From contig OX597829.1 of NCBI GenBank assembly GCA_951406725.2, positions 22,816,001 to 22,880,000 on the forward strand: 64,000 nt of DNA. Reading direction: 5' to 3'. The notes under the pieces are model-generated. The model was not told where the DNA came from, ran no database searches, and saw nothing but the letters and a program-made list of their open reading frames with translations. This document shows positions 25,471 through 41,472 of the stretch, piece after piece. The translations under genes and the position numbers were made by a program. Every line of letters begins with the position of its first letter. Within the stretch, counting starts at the first letter, position 1. The stretch comes from Octopus vulgaris. Taxonomy: Eukaryota.

Positions 25471-27924
25471 AGGAGGAACATATTCAGTAATGTAGTTCCA
25501 GGTATATTGTGTCTAGGGGGGGGGAAAGTGTCGTTCCTGTCATGCGTTTGATCATGTGGTCATTGGATCATACTGGCCCAGGGCTAAAACTACAACAACA
25601 GTAGCAACAATAATAACAACAACTAGAAAACACACACAAAGTGCAACAATAACATATGGAGTGAAGACAGTCAAAGACTTTTGGCGGAGCTAAAATCAGA
25701 AGCCCATAAATTTTTAGAGACCCACTTCTGCAAAATGGAATAGAAATCTTTAAAGGAGTAGCAATTTCTCGGTCTTAGAGAATCTATATGTATTTGGCGC
25801 CTAATGTAAGGTTTTTCATTTCCGTTCCTCCGCTTGAATATTAGGGTCAAATTTTAGCACACAAGGCCCGCAAGTTTGGAGGAGCGGGTAAATTGTTTAC
25901 ATCGATCCCAGTACTCATTGGTTACTTATCTTATCGATCTCAAAAAGATGAAAGGTAAGGTCGACCAAGATACCCGTCAACTGAAGTTTTTCTTTGTTTC
26001 ATATTTGTTGGGTTTAGAGGAGCAGAGGGTAATTCCAATGACCCTTGCAGACCCCCCTCAGCCTGGCGAGAATGACCTTGTTAATGTTCATGTTAGGCTG
26101 TTGCAGGTCAGCCTCTGCAAGGAAGATATGAGCAAAGAAAAGCAGATTCCAAAGGGATAATGTTCTGGGGGAAGAAGGAACGAGTATAAGGATTAGTGCT
26201 GGCCTGCGGGGTGGGAGAGGAAGAAGGTCACGCTTCAAGGTTGATGAGAGGTGGAGAGACGCTCTGAGTGTTTCTGAGTGGAGGAGGTACAAGACCATTA
26301 AATAACGATACAAAGGACCGGAAGTTGGCGTTTCTGTTTGTAATGGAGCGCCAATCAGTCGAGTGGTCCTCGTCTTGATGCAGTGCAGGATATCTGTCTA
26401 CTTGCGGCGGTAGTCACCGAAAGTGGGGTTAAGCCTGCTTCGACCAACGAGTTCACCACGTCCTTCACGAAGGCCGACCGCTGTTGAGTTCATATTCGGA
26501 ATTTCAATGGGAATACACATTCACATGCTATTCCCGGTCACATGCAGATACACTTTGGTATAATGTGTTCCGTTAGTATCTCATCTTGCCGTCGATCGTC
26601 GACCGTCGCAGAGAATTCGTTGACAAAGTCACCGCAGTTTTTCGGAGCAGACGTAACCTGAGTTTGAAGCGGGTTCTACAGACCCGCTTTAACTAGGCTT
26701 AAAGGGTGTCTCACTCACAATGGTCTTTCGGCACATCGGACACCAACCCAGAATTTCTGAGGGCCTGTGTTATTTGCTAGATAGCTGCTGAGCCTACACT
26801 AGGTTTAACCATCCTTTTGACGGGTCTGGTTTTTAATCCTGTTGGGTTTCACCAGGAAAACCTAGTGGGGGTGTCAGTTTAGTTGCTGACAATCCGACTA
26901 AACCGACCTCAATGGACCTGGCTCTGCGGAAGCCACAATAGTGGTTACAGAGGGAAGACAGAGAGAAAGAGAGAGAGAGAGATAGACGGACGGACGAACA
27001 GAAGGAGAGACAAAAAGAGATATTCTCTGAGCACTCATCAGTTAGTCAAGTGAAAACTTGGAGCTTGCAACGCTATGCTTAACCATCCGTGAAATAAGCA
27101 AATAAGACGAAACATGAGTGACCAAGTCAAATGTTTCTGACCGTCTCCCACAAACGACATCATCCATTCGAATAAATTATTGCGAACGCGACCGTTTATA
27201 GGGAGTTAACAGGATCATGTTCGGTTATGGCTGTTGTAGAGTTTAACAAATGCATCTCGAATGATATTTATACAGTTAGCCATAAATTCTGGTGGTATGT
27301 ATGATTGGTCTGCGTAAGACATCTTGACAGAAATATAGATTTAAAATTTTGGCACAAAATCAGTTATTTCGGGGAATGGGAGTAAGTCGATTCCATCAAC
27401 CCGACTATTCAACTGCTACTCGTTTATGTTGACCCCGAAAGGATGAAAGGCAAAGTCGACCTCGACGGAATTTGAACTCAGAACTTGAGGATAGACGAAA
27501 TACTGCTAAGCATTTCGCTTGGCGTGCTAACGATTCTGCCAGTTCAGCGCCTTATAATAATAATAACAAGAAGACGAAGAACAGAAATAGTCCTTGAGCT
27601 AGTTTATTCTTGTCGAAATTCTTAGAGCTTAGGCAGAAACGCAGTCCAATCTCCAAGAATTAACTAGCTCAAGGGCTATTTCAGTTTGTCCGCCGTCAAT
27701 ACTTTCTACTATAGGCACAAGGCTTGAAATTTTGGTGAAGGAGGTAAGTCGATTACATTGGTCCCAGTGTTTAACTGGCACTTATTTTATCGACCCCGAA
27801 AGGATGAAAGGCAAAGTCGACCTCGGCGGCATTTGAACTCAGAACGCGAAGACAGGCAAAATACTGCTAAGCATTTCGCCCACTTGCTAACTAACGATTC
27901 TGCCAGCTCGCCGCCTTTAAGTTT

Positions 27925-27991
<67 letters not shown>

Positions 27992-28008
27992 TAAAAGTAA
28001 TACTACCT

Positions 28009-28052
<44 letters not shown>

Positions 28053-28062
28053 GCTGCTGCTG

Positions 28063-28145
<83 letters not shown>

Positions 28146-29189
28146 CAAACGTAAATTTCATCCAAATCGTGTCCAGCTCTAGTAACATACATTTCATCGC
28201 CAAAAGTGTAATACCATAAAAAATGCAATGGTGTACCCGGGGAGTAACAACGTCAACGAGTGCTTGCAACCGGGGTGGGTGTTGTCTGCAGGTATTTTCT
28301 TACCCACAAACATTTAATATTTTCTCACTCTCTCTCTCGAATTTTCTTCTCTCTCTTTTCCTTCCTTCCTTCCTTCCTTCCTTCCTTCCTTCCTTCTTTC
28401 CTTCTTTCCTTCTCCCTTCTCTTCCATCCTGTCTTCTCTTCTTTCTTTCTTTCGTTTTCCATTCCCTCCTCTTTCTTTTTTTCTTCTTCTCCCAGCCCAT
28501 CTCTCAGTCTTCTCCTCTTTCTCCTTCATCCATCAAGCCCCTCCCCCCTCCTCATCCCCACCCCGTCATTATCTCTCTTCTCTTTTCCAAAGAAGAGGAA
28601 GAAATAGGACATGTGTAGACGCTAGATAAACTGTTATTACTAACGTAATGTGTTATTTAAACATAAACTTAATAGTTAATTAGGGGATGGATTAGCATTA
28701 TGCTAAAACTCCCCCCACCCCTCCCTCACCCCCATCTTCTTTTTGTAACATCTTCCTGTTATGTAAACAATCGGGCCCCAGCTAATCTCCCACCGCCGCA
28801 GCCGCTCCCGCCGCTGCTACCTTCCTCACCACTTTTACTACGACCACCACCACCACCATAATCATAATCATAACCATAACCGCCGCCACCGCCACCACTA
28901 CCACCACCGCCGCCGCCGCCACCACCACCAAAGCCACCACCACCACCACCACCACCAAAGCCACCACCACTTTTCCATTTCTTGAAGTTATCGTTATTTT
29001 CAGACTCAATGACATTATTAACATTAGTATGTAACTCGTTTGCAATATTGTATAATTTTACTGGCTTCTATGCCAGTTCAATGTCCGTCCGTCAGTCCGT
29101 CTGTCTGTTTGTCTGATGTATACGCACACACACACACACACACTCCCTCTCTCTCTCTTTCTCCCTTTCCCTCCCTCTCCCTCTACTCA

Positions 29190-29234
<45 letters not shown>

Positions 29235-29432
29235 ATATATATATATATATGTATCTATGTGTGTATATGTGTGTGTATGAGCGTGTGTATATATGGATAT
29301 CTATCTATCTATATATATGTGTGTGTGTGTGTACATGTATGTATGTATGTGTGCGTGTGTATATGTATCTTTCTTTCTCTCTTTTTCTCCGTGTATATAT
29401 ATATATGTGTGTGTGTGTGCGTGTGTGTGTGC

Positions 29433-29495
<63 letters not shown>

Positions 29496-29505
29496 TATAT
29501 ATATA

Positions 29506-29692
29506 GGTGAAATTTAAAGAAAAACAAAAGACGAAGACAGGTGTATAAACAGCAAGCAGGTGAATTCGTTTGACGCTCGGGAAAGTGAAAAACACTTTTA
29601 CCTTTCGAGCCTATGCTCTTCAACAGAAAGGAATAAGATTAAATAAACAGAGAGAGAATGAAAAAAACTTGTAGATTTAACGGTCAAGCATG
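29506..29692 (-). mobile_element. pLTR-like unit with hammerhead variant (HHR family b; motif 29595-29630)
   Basis: Minus strand CTTT-CTGTTGA-A-GAGC-ATAG-GCTC-GAAA-GGTA-AAAG. Related to the pLTR of the 41473-46998 PLE. Ends in (TA)n. Confidence 0.75.
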
Positions 29693-29725
29693 CCGCGTGT
29701 GTGTATGTGTGTGTGTGTGCGTGCG

Positions 29726-30075
<350 letters not shown>

Positions 30076-30212
30076 TCATCTTCATCCCCGTCTGTCTTGA
30101 TAGACAATGGGTTGCGCCAAGGGTGGGGCCTACTTTGATGATGTGCAGCGTCTGCTGTGACTGAACAGTCCAATTCTATATATATGTATGTATGTATATA
30201 TGTATGTATGTA

Positions 30213-30271
<59 letters not shown>

Positions 30272-30299
30272 ATATATATACTATATATATATATACCTA

Positions 30300-30385
<86 letters not shown>

Positions 30386-30930
30386 CCAGTTCATCCTTAT
30401 CCGTCTTTATATATCTGTTTGTGCCTTATCCGTCTACGGCTTCTCTCAAACCGCTTCACCCATCCCATAACATCCAGCCACTGATATTTGTACTGCAATG
30501 AGTGCTTCTTCTAACCAAAAACATCTGTTTAACGAAGACAAAAAAGAAGAAGAAAAAAAAAAAGGCAAGAAACATCAGACCAACTTCGCGCAACACCTGT
30601 ACCAATAATCATATAATGTCCTAAATGGTTTCTCAGCAGCTTAGGACGGGAAGAGTGCTCGTAGGATGTCTGAATCGAAAGATGACGGTGAGTTCTTCTC
30701 TTTGTGTATGTGTATGTGTATGTATGCATGCATGCATGCATGTATGTATGTATGTACGTATGTATGTATGTATGTATGTATGTATGTATGTATGTATGTA
30801 TGTATGTATGTATGTATGTATGCATGTATGCATGTATGTATGTATGTATGTATGTATGCAAGTATGTATGTATGTATGTATGTATGTATGTATGTATGTA
30901 TGTATGTATGTATGTATGTATGTATGTATA

Positions 30931-31109
30931 CCGGAGTAAGCACATAAATGTGAAACAAGGTGGGAAAAAGAGTACTCAAATACCAGAGGTAGAATAATAT
31001 GCTTTATAAAAGCATCAGAAAGTTTTTTTTTAAACAAAACTGTCCGACGAATGGGAGCGTGAAACTCTGAGTAACAACCTTTGTTATATTTCTGCTGCTT
31101 TTAAATAAA

Positions 31110-31110
<1 letters not shown>
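30931..31110. mobile_element. Inverted pLTR-like unit (HHR family c), hammerhead on + strand at 31040-31077
   Basis: CTGT-CCGACGA-ATG-GGAG-CGT-GAAA-CTC-T-GAG-TA-ACA, between inverted arms GCTTTATAAAAGCATCAGAAA / TTTCTGCTGCTTTTAAATAAAG. Confidence 0.75.
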
Positions 31111-31144
<34 letters not shown>

Positions 31145-31198
31145 CATACTTACATATATACATACATACATACATACATACATACATACATACATACA

Positions 31199-31229
<31 letters not shown>

Positions 31230-31647
31230 CATATCATATCATATATAATATCATATACACTCACGCTGAATGAAATTGTATAATCAGAGATCCGAAATCA
31301 CTTGATGGTAGATTGAACATAAACAACTCGCATCTCGGAAAAAAGTTCTTCATTAGAGGAATAAGTTTGCAGCTACCGAAGACATGCAAACGTCCATAAG
31401 CAAAATCGAAAGGATTGAAGAACTGGAACAAGACAACTACACACGGGGTTGTTTTGGTCCGATGGTAGAACGTCTGTCAAGTTTTTAGAGAAGATTGAGT
31501 CCTGCTGGCTCACCTTCGACTTTTTGTATCCAAGTGATTATTTTTTCAAATCTAGTATTTCCGCTCCATTAATCAAGGTGATGCCACAACATAGTGACGG
31601 TCCAATGACTGAAACAAATAAAAGATAAAACAATATGAAATAAACAG

Positions 31648-32066
31648 GAGGCGCAGGAGTGGCTGTGTGGTAAGTAGCTTGCTAACCAACCACATGGTTC
31701 CGGGTTCATTCCCACTGCGTGGCATCTTGGGCAAGTGTCTTCTGCTATAGCCCCGGGCCGACCAATGCCTTGTGAGTGGATTTGGTAGATGGAAACTGAA
31801 AGAAGCCTGTCGTATATATGTATATATATATATGTGTGTGTGTGTTTGTGTGTCTGTGTTTGTCCCCCTAGCATTGCTTGACAACCGATGCTGGTGTGTT
31901 TATGTCCCCGATACTTAGCGGTTCGGCAAAAGAGACCGATAGAATAAGTACTGGGCTTACAAAAGAATAAGACCCGGGGTCGAGTTGCTCGACTAAAGGC
32001 GGTGCTCCAGCATGGCCGCAGTCAAATGACTGAAACAAGTAAAAGAGTAAAAGAGTAAAGAGAGAG
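31648..32066 (+). mobile_element. SINE family A, full length
   Basis: Near-identical to 47435-47885 and 54784-55210. Confidence 0.9.
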
Positions 32067-32069
32067 TAA

Positions 32070-33534
32070 ACAGCACAGTTATTAAAACAATGCTAAAGAA
32101 AAAAAACAACCATTTAATCCTCTGACTCAGATCTTATAACAGAATATTGGTTCACGAATCTCACTTTTTACGATTAAGATTTCATAACACTGTCTAGTAA
32201 GAATATCAGAATAGATGAGATATTCCCAAACCTGTCATCTCCCTTAATCCATCCCATTCTTGATATCTTGGCTTCTTGATGAGACTGAGGTCATCCCAGG
32301 CTGGTAGTCCCAGAGTCGCCATCATGCAAAGAGCCGACCAGGTCCACTAGTGCTCCCCGTTCTCCAAAATTTAATCCATTTACCCAAGCCAAAAAGGCAG
32401 CCCAGTAATCTGCCAGAAAAAGGATCTTCGTACAAGAACAGAATATTCGTACACCAACAGTATAATGACACCCTTGAGTAAGCTAAGAACAAGAAAGAAG
32501 AATGGGATTGTATGCATTAGTTGTTGGTTAACAAAGGGGTATAGAAAAGAACAGTAAATACCGAAGGAATTTGATTGTAAAGCGGCTGAGCAACCAAAAT
32601 GACTGATAGGATGGGTTGGTTATTAAAACACCAAATTCCGCAATCATTGACAGATGCAATTTAGCACGAAAACCAAGATTTAGCACACCACTTTGCCTCT
32701 CACAGGCGATAACAAATAAAGGAAATTTGATATGGTACTTTACCAAGAAGGCATTATGCAGCGCGATAGCTTGTTACTAGTGCGTTTTGTCCTATCGTTA
32801 AATTCGCTCATAAAACTTGCCTTGCTCATAAAACTCAGTGCTTATAGAAATAGATGCTCTAAATCCAGAAATATCTCTCGTTTTTCTTTGTAGACGACCT
32901 GAAGCTCTATGGGCTATGTGTCAGTCACCCTCCCCAACCATTAAAAAGAGAGTTACTTCTCTACAGACATTGGATTAAGATTGGTGCCAATAAAATGTGC
33001 AGCTTTGCCGATAAGATGAAGAAAACTTGCGCACATATCCAAAATATATAAAAAAAAAAAAGAAGCTAATTATGAACGGGGTTTAATAATCCAGCATAAG
33101 TTCATTTGGGTGAGGATCAGAAATGTCTTGGATAGGAAGAGAATGTCAAATTTTAATGGGGCCATTAATAAGAAGAGAAGTATCAGAATATTTCAACAAC
33201 ACAGAAAAAATGTCTGCCATCAAAATTTTCAGTCTATAACGTATGTATTGCTCACAAAAAGGCTTTTGTTACAATGCTTGTCTTGATTTCGTTTTCTGTT
33301 TTTGCAGTGTATTACTCTTACTCTCTTGTTTCAGTCATTTGGCTGTGGCCACGCTGGGGCACCGCTTTTAGTCGAGCAAATCGATCCCAGGACTTATTCT
33401 TTGTATGCCTAGTACTTATTCTATCAGTCAGTCTTTTGCCGAACCGCTAAGTTACGGGGACGTAAATACACCAGCATCGGTTGTCAAGCGATGCTGGGGA
33501 GACAAACACAGACACACAAACATATACACACACA

Positions 33535-33590
<56 letters not shown>

Positions 33591-34561
33591 TACGATGGGC
33601 TTCTTTCAGTTTCCGTCTACCAAATCCACTCACAAGGCTTTGGTCAGCCCGAGTTTATAGTAGAAGACACTTGCCCAAGGTGCCACGCAGTGGGACTGAA
33701 CCCGGAACCATGTGGTTGGTAAGCAAGCTACTTACCATACAGCTACTCCTACGCGTATTGTGAACACGTCACTAAAAGAACTTAACGAAATTGGTGTAAG
33801 AATCCCAAAACTTCTCAACCTTACTAGAAATGTCAATAGGCGCAGACGTGGGTGTGTGGTAAGAAGCTTGTTTCCCAACCACATGCTTCCGGGTTCAGTC
33901 CCGAAACGTGGAACTTTGGGCAAGTGTTTTCTACTATAGTCTCGGGTCGACCAAATCCTTGTAAGTGGATTTGGTAGGGAGAAACTAAAAGAAATCCATT
34001 GTACGTTTGAGTGTGTGTGTGTGTGTTCGTGTTTGTCTTTGTCCCTCACCACCACTTGACAACCGGTGTTGGTATGTTTACGCCCCCGTAATTTAGCGGT
34101 TCGACAACTAGAATGATAGAATAAGAACTTGGCTTAAAACGAAGTACTGGGGTCGATTTGTTTTTGACTAAAACCCTTCAAGGCGATACCCCACCATGGC
34201 CGCTCTTAATGACTGAAACAAGTGAAAAATTTAAGATTAAAGATCTATGGGAATATAGGCAAATTCTATTCGCAATTCAAGAAGTGCCACTGTAGCCTTA
34301 AATCTGCATTAGCATCATACAACGCCCGGATTGTAACATCGAAGTACCATTTCCAGCAGAGAAAAAATCTCATCTTTTTTCTCTCTATTTTGCAAGCTTA
34401 GAAATAAAAATATTATTGAAAAATCTAACGCTAGACACGAAAAAATAAAATAAAAAAAACTGACAAATCTCTGTCTCTGTCTGTGTGTCTGTCTCTGTTT
34501 GTCTGTCTGCCTATCTGTCTTTCTGTCTTTCTGTCTTTCTGTCTTTCTGCCTGTCTGTCTC

Positions 34562-34626
<65 letters not shown>

Positions 34627-34960
34627 CTATCTGTCTGTCTATCTGTCTTCGTCCTCTCCACCTCATTCCTTCTTTCCAGAAAACATTGGATAACCGAGTA
34701 CCGAAAATAACTTTCATTTTCATAACCTATATTATTGGAGCAACAGGACACGCACCAACCCGACTGGATCAAATCATGGCCGAACTTGGATTCTTGGAGA
34801 AAGAACACAGTTCCATAATTTATATGCTTTGATAGTATACCTCATAGGTGGATTATCAAAGCATTACAATTATCCAAAGATACTCAACCACTGGTAGCTA
34901 CTATACAATATCCAACCAAGATTTGGTACACCACTTTACCTCCCACATGTAAAACCAAAC
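32070..34960 (+). pseudogene. Heavily decayed R4/Dong-like non-LTR retrotransposon with nested SINEs
   Basis: FFVDDLKLYG (RT catalytic motif) at 32884-32913 and ITYIIGATGHAP near 34722 (RLE region). Interrupted by SINE A copies at 33315-33755 (-) and 33838-34245 (+). Confidence 0.6.
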
Positions 34961-35032
34961 AAACCAAATGTAGGTGACCACGTTACTTCGGACAATAAAG
35001 ATGTCAGATTTTATTAAAATTTAACGGCCAAA

Positions 35033-35315
35033 AGTGGAGGCACGTGGCTTAGTGGATAGGGTGTTGGACCCATGATTGTAAGATTGTGGTATTGATTCTT
35101 GAACCAGGTGACGCGTTGTGTTCTTGGGAAAATATTTCATTTTCACGTTGTGATATAGCCTCATAGGGCCGGTTTCCCCGTTTTCATAGTGATATGAAGC
35201 TGAAAAAAATTGATAATCCTGCAACGGACCGGAGTCCTATCCAAGGGGAAATATGAACACTATGAAAACGGGGAAACCGGTCCTATGAGGCTATATCACT
35301 CGGGAAGGGTCGTTA
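35033..35315 (+). mobile_element. tRNA-headed SINE with V-domain-like body and an internal 42-bp inverted duplication
   Basis: Head GGAGGCACGTGGCTTAGTGG, body CCTGCAACGGACCGGAGTCCTATCCAAGGGG, inverted arms 35150-35191 and 35258-35299. Confidence 0.7.
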
Positions 35316-35645
35316 CCCTTTTTTTTTACAACTACATTTGTCTTCCTTTATTTCTTTCACTCCTTTTCTCGCTCTCACTTTCGTTCTTTCTTTCTCTGTC
35401 TGTTTGTCTGTCTCTCCCTCTCGTTCTCTTTCTTTTTCTCTTCCGTTCTTTCTTTCTTTCTCTCTCCTACTCTTTCTTTCACTCTGTCTCTTTTCCAAAT
35501 CATACATCTACTTGATACCAATCCTTCACGATCTCACCCCAATTTCTCTATCACTGACACCCGAATCCTCTTTAAATAAAGCAATAAAACTTTATTAATC
35601 TTCGTTTGGCTAATTTTAGAAAACCTATATTTTCAAACAGCATGT

Positions 35646-35690
<45 letters not shown>

Positions 35691-35887
35691 CGTGTGTGTG
35701 TGTGTGCACGCGCGCGCGCTTTTATGTGTACGCGGGTTTGGTAATAAAAAATGGGAGAAACAAAACTTCAACATGAGTATAGATAATTTTTTTATTATTT
35801 TAATCGACAGAGAGTTTACAAAAAATGGTTCAATGGCAGGGAGTTTCTATGAATGCCGCAAACGTACTTGAACACACACACACACAC

Positions 35888-35977
<90 letters not shown>

Positions 35978-36769
35978 GCATATATATATGCATATATACA
36001 TACAAATATGTACTTACCTACATATATATGTATATATACATGCATATATGGGTATAGGACATAAAAAAAACGTTGAACACAATGAGAAACGAAAACATAA
36101 AAACAAAAACATAGAAACGAACAGCGAAAAGAAACAAACAGAGAAACGTGACGTGCAAGAGTATTCCCCTTCTTCGGTTGTCCCTCTTTCATCTACTCTG
36201 CGTTCGTAGGCAAGGACAATACGCGACTTCGTTGAAACAGTCCTTCCCGCAAAGCAAATTAAATAAAATTTAGGATTTTTTGCGGACGGTGAAAGTGGTA
36301 GCAAGAACAGGACAGTGAGAACAAAACAGTAAAAACAAACGGTGAGGGCTGCTAAGACAAGACGATAGAAAAATTATTATGAACGCTAGGATGACGAGCT
36401 TATATATATATATACGAGCAAAGTAACTAGTTCTAAAATCTCTAAACGTGATATAATTAGTAACAGTATTAGACGGTAACGTTTTTTTTTCCCATTATAA
36501 CATGGGTGAACTATAAAGAACACCCGTATTCTTTATAGGGGTTGAAATGTAGCAACATAGTTCTTTAAGACTTTGTGAATTTTTATCTACGATAAATTGG
36601 TTATACTACCGCAATGCACAAAGTATTTTACTAATTACTTTTATACAATTCTTAATGCTTAATTATAAAAATATGATAGGGATTTTTTAAAACATCGAAT
36701 GGCTATAGGGGTGGGGGGTCTAGCAGAATCAAAAGGATTCATTGGTAAAAATTGGCTGAGAAGCATGTT

Positions 36770-37300
36770 TTAGGCTTTGGAAGGTCATCATATCAAAATT
36801 CGGTGGCCTCGATATCAGAATGAGTGCTAGAATGTCAATTTTGATTCACGATGATTCCAACTGTGAAAAGAGGAAATGGTTCCACTGTTCCATTTATCTG
36901 TGGGGAGTAACGAGAGACCGAGATCACTTACGTCATCGGATTATTTATTCTAAACATTCTAAGGACGTGCACACACACCCATAGCTCGGCCATGTATAGA
37001 GACGACGGTTTTTGGCAACCTCAACCCGTATGAACGGCAAAGTTCAGGAAGGATCTGGTACAAAATTTTCAAAGAATTCGGCCTAGGTATAACAGTTAAC
37101 ACCAGTTTGACGCTAATTAAAAAAGCATTTCCTTAGAACCCGTAAGTATTATAAACTCTTTAACTTCGACAATGTTAAAGTCAGTTATTCTTGCTTACAC
37201 AACCTGGTTTCAAACACTAGACACTACAATAGACGCAAATACACACCTACACAACTTCCAATCCGTACCCCAACTTGTAACTTCCGAAATGCTACAAACC
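36770..37300 (+). pseudogene. Decayed PLE reverse transcriptase fragment (YRDDG type) with internal deletion
   Basis: VIGLFILNIL, MYRDDG, RKDLVQ-FKEFGLGITVNT, then KYYKLFNFDNVKVSYSCLHNL. Confidence 0.7.
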
Positions 37301-37502
37301 GCCGCACCAATAATAACCACGTAGCCTGAGTTGACTAATGGAGACCGAACATCTAGAAGCTATCTTGAATTTGTCACAAATCCCATTATTATTCTCTAGA
37401 TACCTGACGAGATAGAGTCGTCCTACGATCCCACGAAATCTTAAGTCATATGAAGCTGGGTCAAATTGTTATAAAGTAATATGTGTGTGTATGTGTGTGT
37501 GA

Positions 37503-37557
<55 letters not shown>

Positions 37558-38035
37558 TGTGTGAGTGTGTGTCAAACATTTGAACTAACCTAAAGTTTAT
37601 ACGTATGTATTTTGGATATGTTGATATATGATGTGTGCATATATATGCGTGCATATATTTGAGTGCGTATATATAACAAAATCAAATCAAAATAGTTATG
37701 AAATTAATAACACGTTTCACGTGTTTCAGTGAGCATCAGAAGGCAGATTTCATAAGGATTCCCTCACATAACATTCAATAAACACATCGTCAGAAGTGTT
37801 ATTCGAAATAAAATGTAGGACAACGGTCACCGAAAAACGTGTAAAGATGTTATGATAAAATAATTCCTCGATATAATTTCCAGCCTTTATTTTCGGTATG
37901 CATATTTTGTGATATTTTACCATCATTTTGTACAGAGCTTCCAAGGTAGATGAATGAATCGACAATCTCAAGTAACTTATTCTTCACAAAAATTTTAGGT
38001 TGGCTTACAAATAGCACCCCACGCAGGTTAATGCA

Positions 38036-38205
38036 TTACAACTTTTTTTTAAAGTTGATGGTCAAGCCAAAATCATCAATAACTGAGTCAAATGCAGATA
38101 CAAGAGATTGCAGACCTGTTACAGAATGACTGACAAGATCGCAATCGTTAGCATATAAAAGTTCCCTAATGAGTGAAGTAAAAATCTTCGTTTTGAATTT
38201 CGTAC
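38036..38205 (-). pseudogene. RTE-like RT fragment
   Basis: IRELLYANDCDLVSHSVTGLQSLVSAFDSVIDDFGLTINFKK (YADD-motif region). Confidence 0.8.
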
Positions 38206-38281
38206 ATACATACATACATATATACAAGCATACATACATACATACATACATACATACATACATACATACATACATACATAC

Positions 38282-38312
<31 letters not shown>

Positions 38313-38586
38313 CATACTTACATACATACACACACACATGCATACATACATACATACATACATACATACATACATACATACATACATACATACATACATA
38401 CATACATACATACATACATACATACATTCATACATACATACATACATACATACATACATACATTCATTCATTCATACATACATACATACATACATACATA
38501 CATACATACATACATACATACATACATACATTCATACATACATACATACATACATACATACATACATACATACATACATACATACA

Positions 38587-38616
<30 letters not shown>
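38205..38616. repeat. (TACA)n tetranucleotide array
   Basis: Seen directly. Confidence 0.95.
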
Positions 38617-40024
<1,408 letters not shown>

Positions 40025-40245
40025 AGAAACAATTGATACAGAAGATGGAAACTTTATTTTTCACAACGGTCGTTTCGACACATCCTGCACTGCTCTCTCG
40101 TGGTTGGGAAACTATGCAAAGAATTTCATTGTACTCCGCAGAGCAGAAATATCTCTTCAGGTGATATAATTTGATTTCTCGTTACACAATTGACGTTTCG
40201 CTCTTAATCTTAACAAGAGAATGTTGATAGCAGTTGTGTCTGAAA

Positions 40246-40599
40246 TCTCTCTATATACAAACGGCAAAATGTCTGTGTGTGTGTCCTTTATACAAATCCA
40301 CAATTTTTCAGTTAGAGAGCTCGCACTTTCTGTGGTCATTCAAAACCGTCCAAGGATGGTCGTGCATTTTCCCCAGTCACCACGCAAAGCCATTAAAAAA
40401 GCAATAGAGGTGACTTTTTTGTGAATTTTCTATCCAAAACCCAATCAAAATGCCCGAAACTTGATACCCAATTGAATGCCAGCTAGCTGCATGTGATTAG
40501 TCGGAGATTAGGACAGTACTCGCGTGTATGTGCGCACACACACAGCTGTATATGCATGCACTAGCACTATGACCCGGCAACGCCGGGTCATAGTGCTAA
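40246..40599 (+). mobile_element. Non-autonomous Helitron-like element
   Basis: 5' end A|TCTCTCTATATACAAA. 3' GC-rich hairpin GCACTATGACCCGGC-AAC-GCCGGGTCATAGTGC ending CTAA|T (CTRR). No TSD. Confidence 0.7.
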
Positions 40600-40682
40600 T
40601 ATATTATAGAACGAAATACGAATGGCCATTCTGCGTTCCTCCACATGTTTGTATATGGGTATTTGCATGTCAGTGTGTGTGT

Positions 40683-40714
<32 letters not shown>

Positions 40715-41329
40715 TTGTACATGTGTGTATATGTCTGACGGGATGCATGAATGCGTATGTCTGTGAATGTGTGCATGCGGCGTATGTGCACGTGTGTGTA
40801 TTTATGTGCATGTGTGTGCGAGTGTGTTTGTGTGTGAATGAAATTTCCCTTACCAAACAATTGTGTTAGCCCTAACACTATGTTAATCAATGCAGTTGTG
40901 GGTATACGTGTATGCATGCATGCATGTATGTGTGTGAGTGCGCGCGCGCGCAAGGTGTGCAGTGTGTAAGTGTGTGTATATAAAATTGATTCTGCTTTAT
41001 ATACTGTGTTTTTATGTGTTTATATCTATATATGTATGTATGTATGTTTATATGTGTATGTGCGCTTGTATGAACATATATACGTATGCGCGCGTGTCTG
41101 TGTGTGAGTATGGGTGTGTGCGCGAGTGTAAGTGTGTGTACATATGCGTTTGAGCGTGTGTCTGTGTGTGTGTAAGTGAGTGTATAATCTCCAGCGCCAG
41201 CTTTATATACACTAGTGTAGTTATGGATTAGATTTATAGTTTAAGAGTTTTAATCTCTTATGAATTCCATCCAGATGGTTTACACTGCGGAGATATAAAA
41301 CTTTCTAAACGGTAATTATATGCATACGC

Positions 41330-41401
<72 letters not shown>

Positions 41402-41416
41402 TATATACATATATAC

Positions 41417-41449
<33 letters not shown>

Positions 41450-41472
41450 CTTATATATGTATATGTATATAT

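Noticed and set aside
26000-26940. Complex GC-richer block that could be a gene or LINE ORF1
   Set aside because: The frames I checked are interrupted and I could not recognise a motif. It is probably a TE remnant but cannot be classified by eye.
40060-40205. CTGAAGA and GAAACGTC motifs on the minus strand suggesting another hammerhead
   Set aside because: The order and stems do not give a consistent fold.
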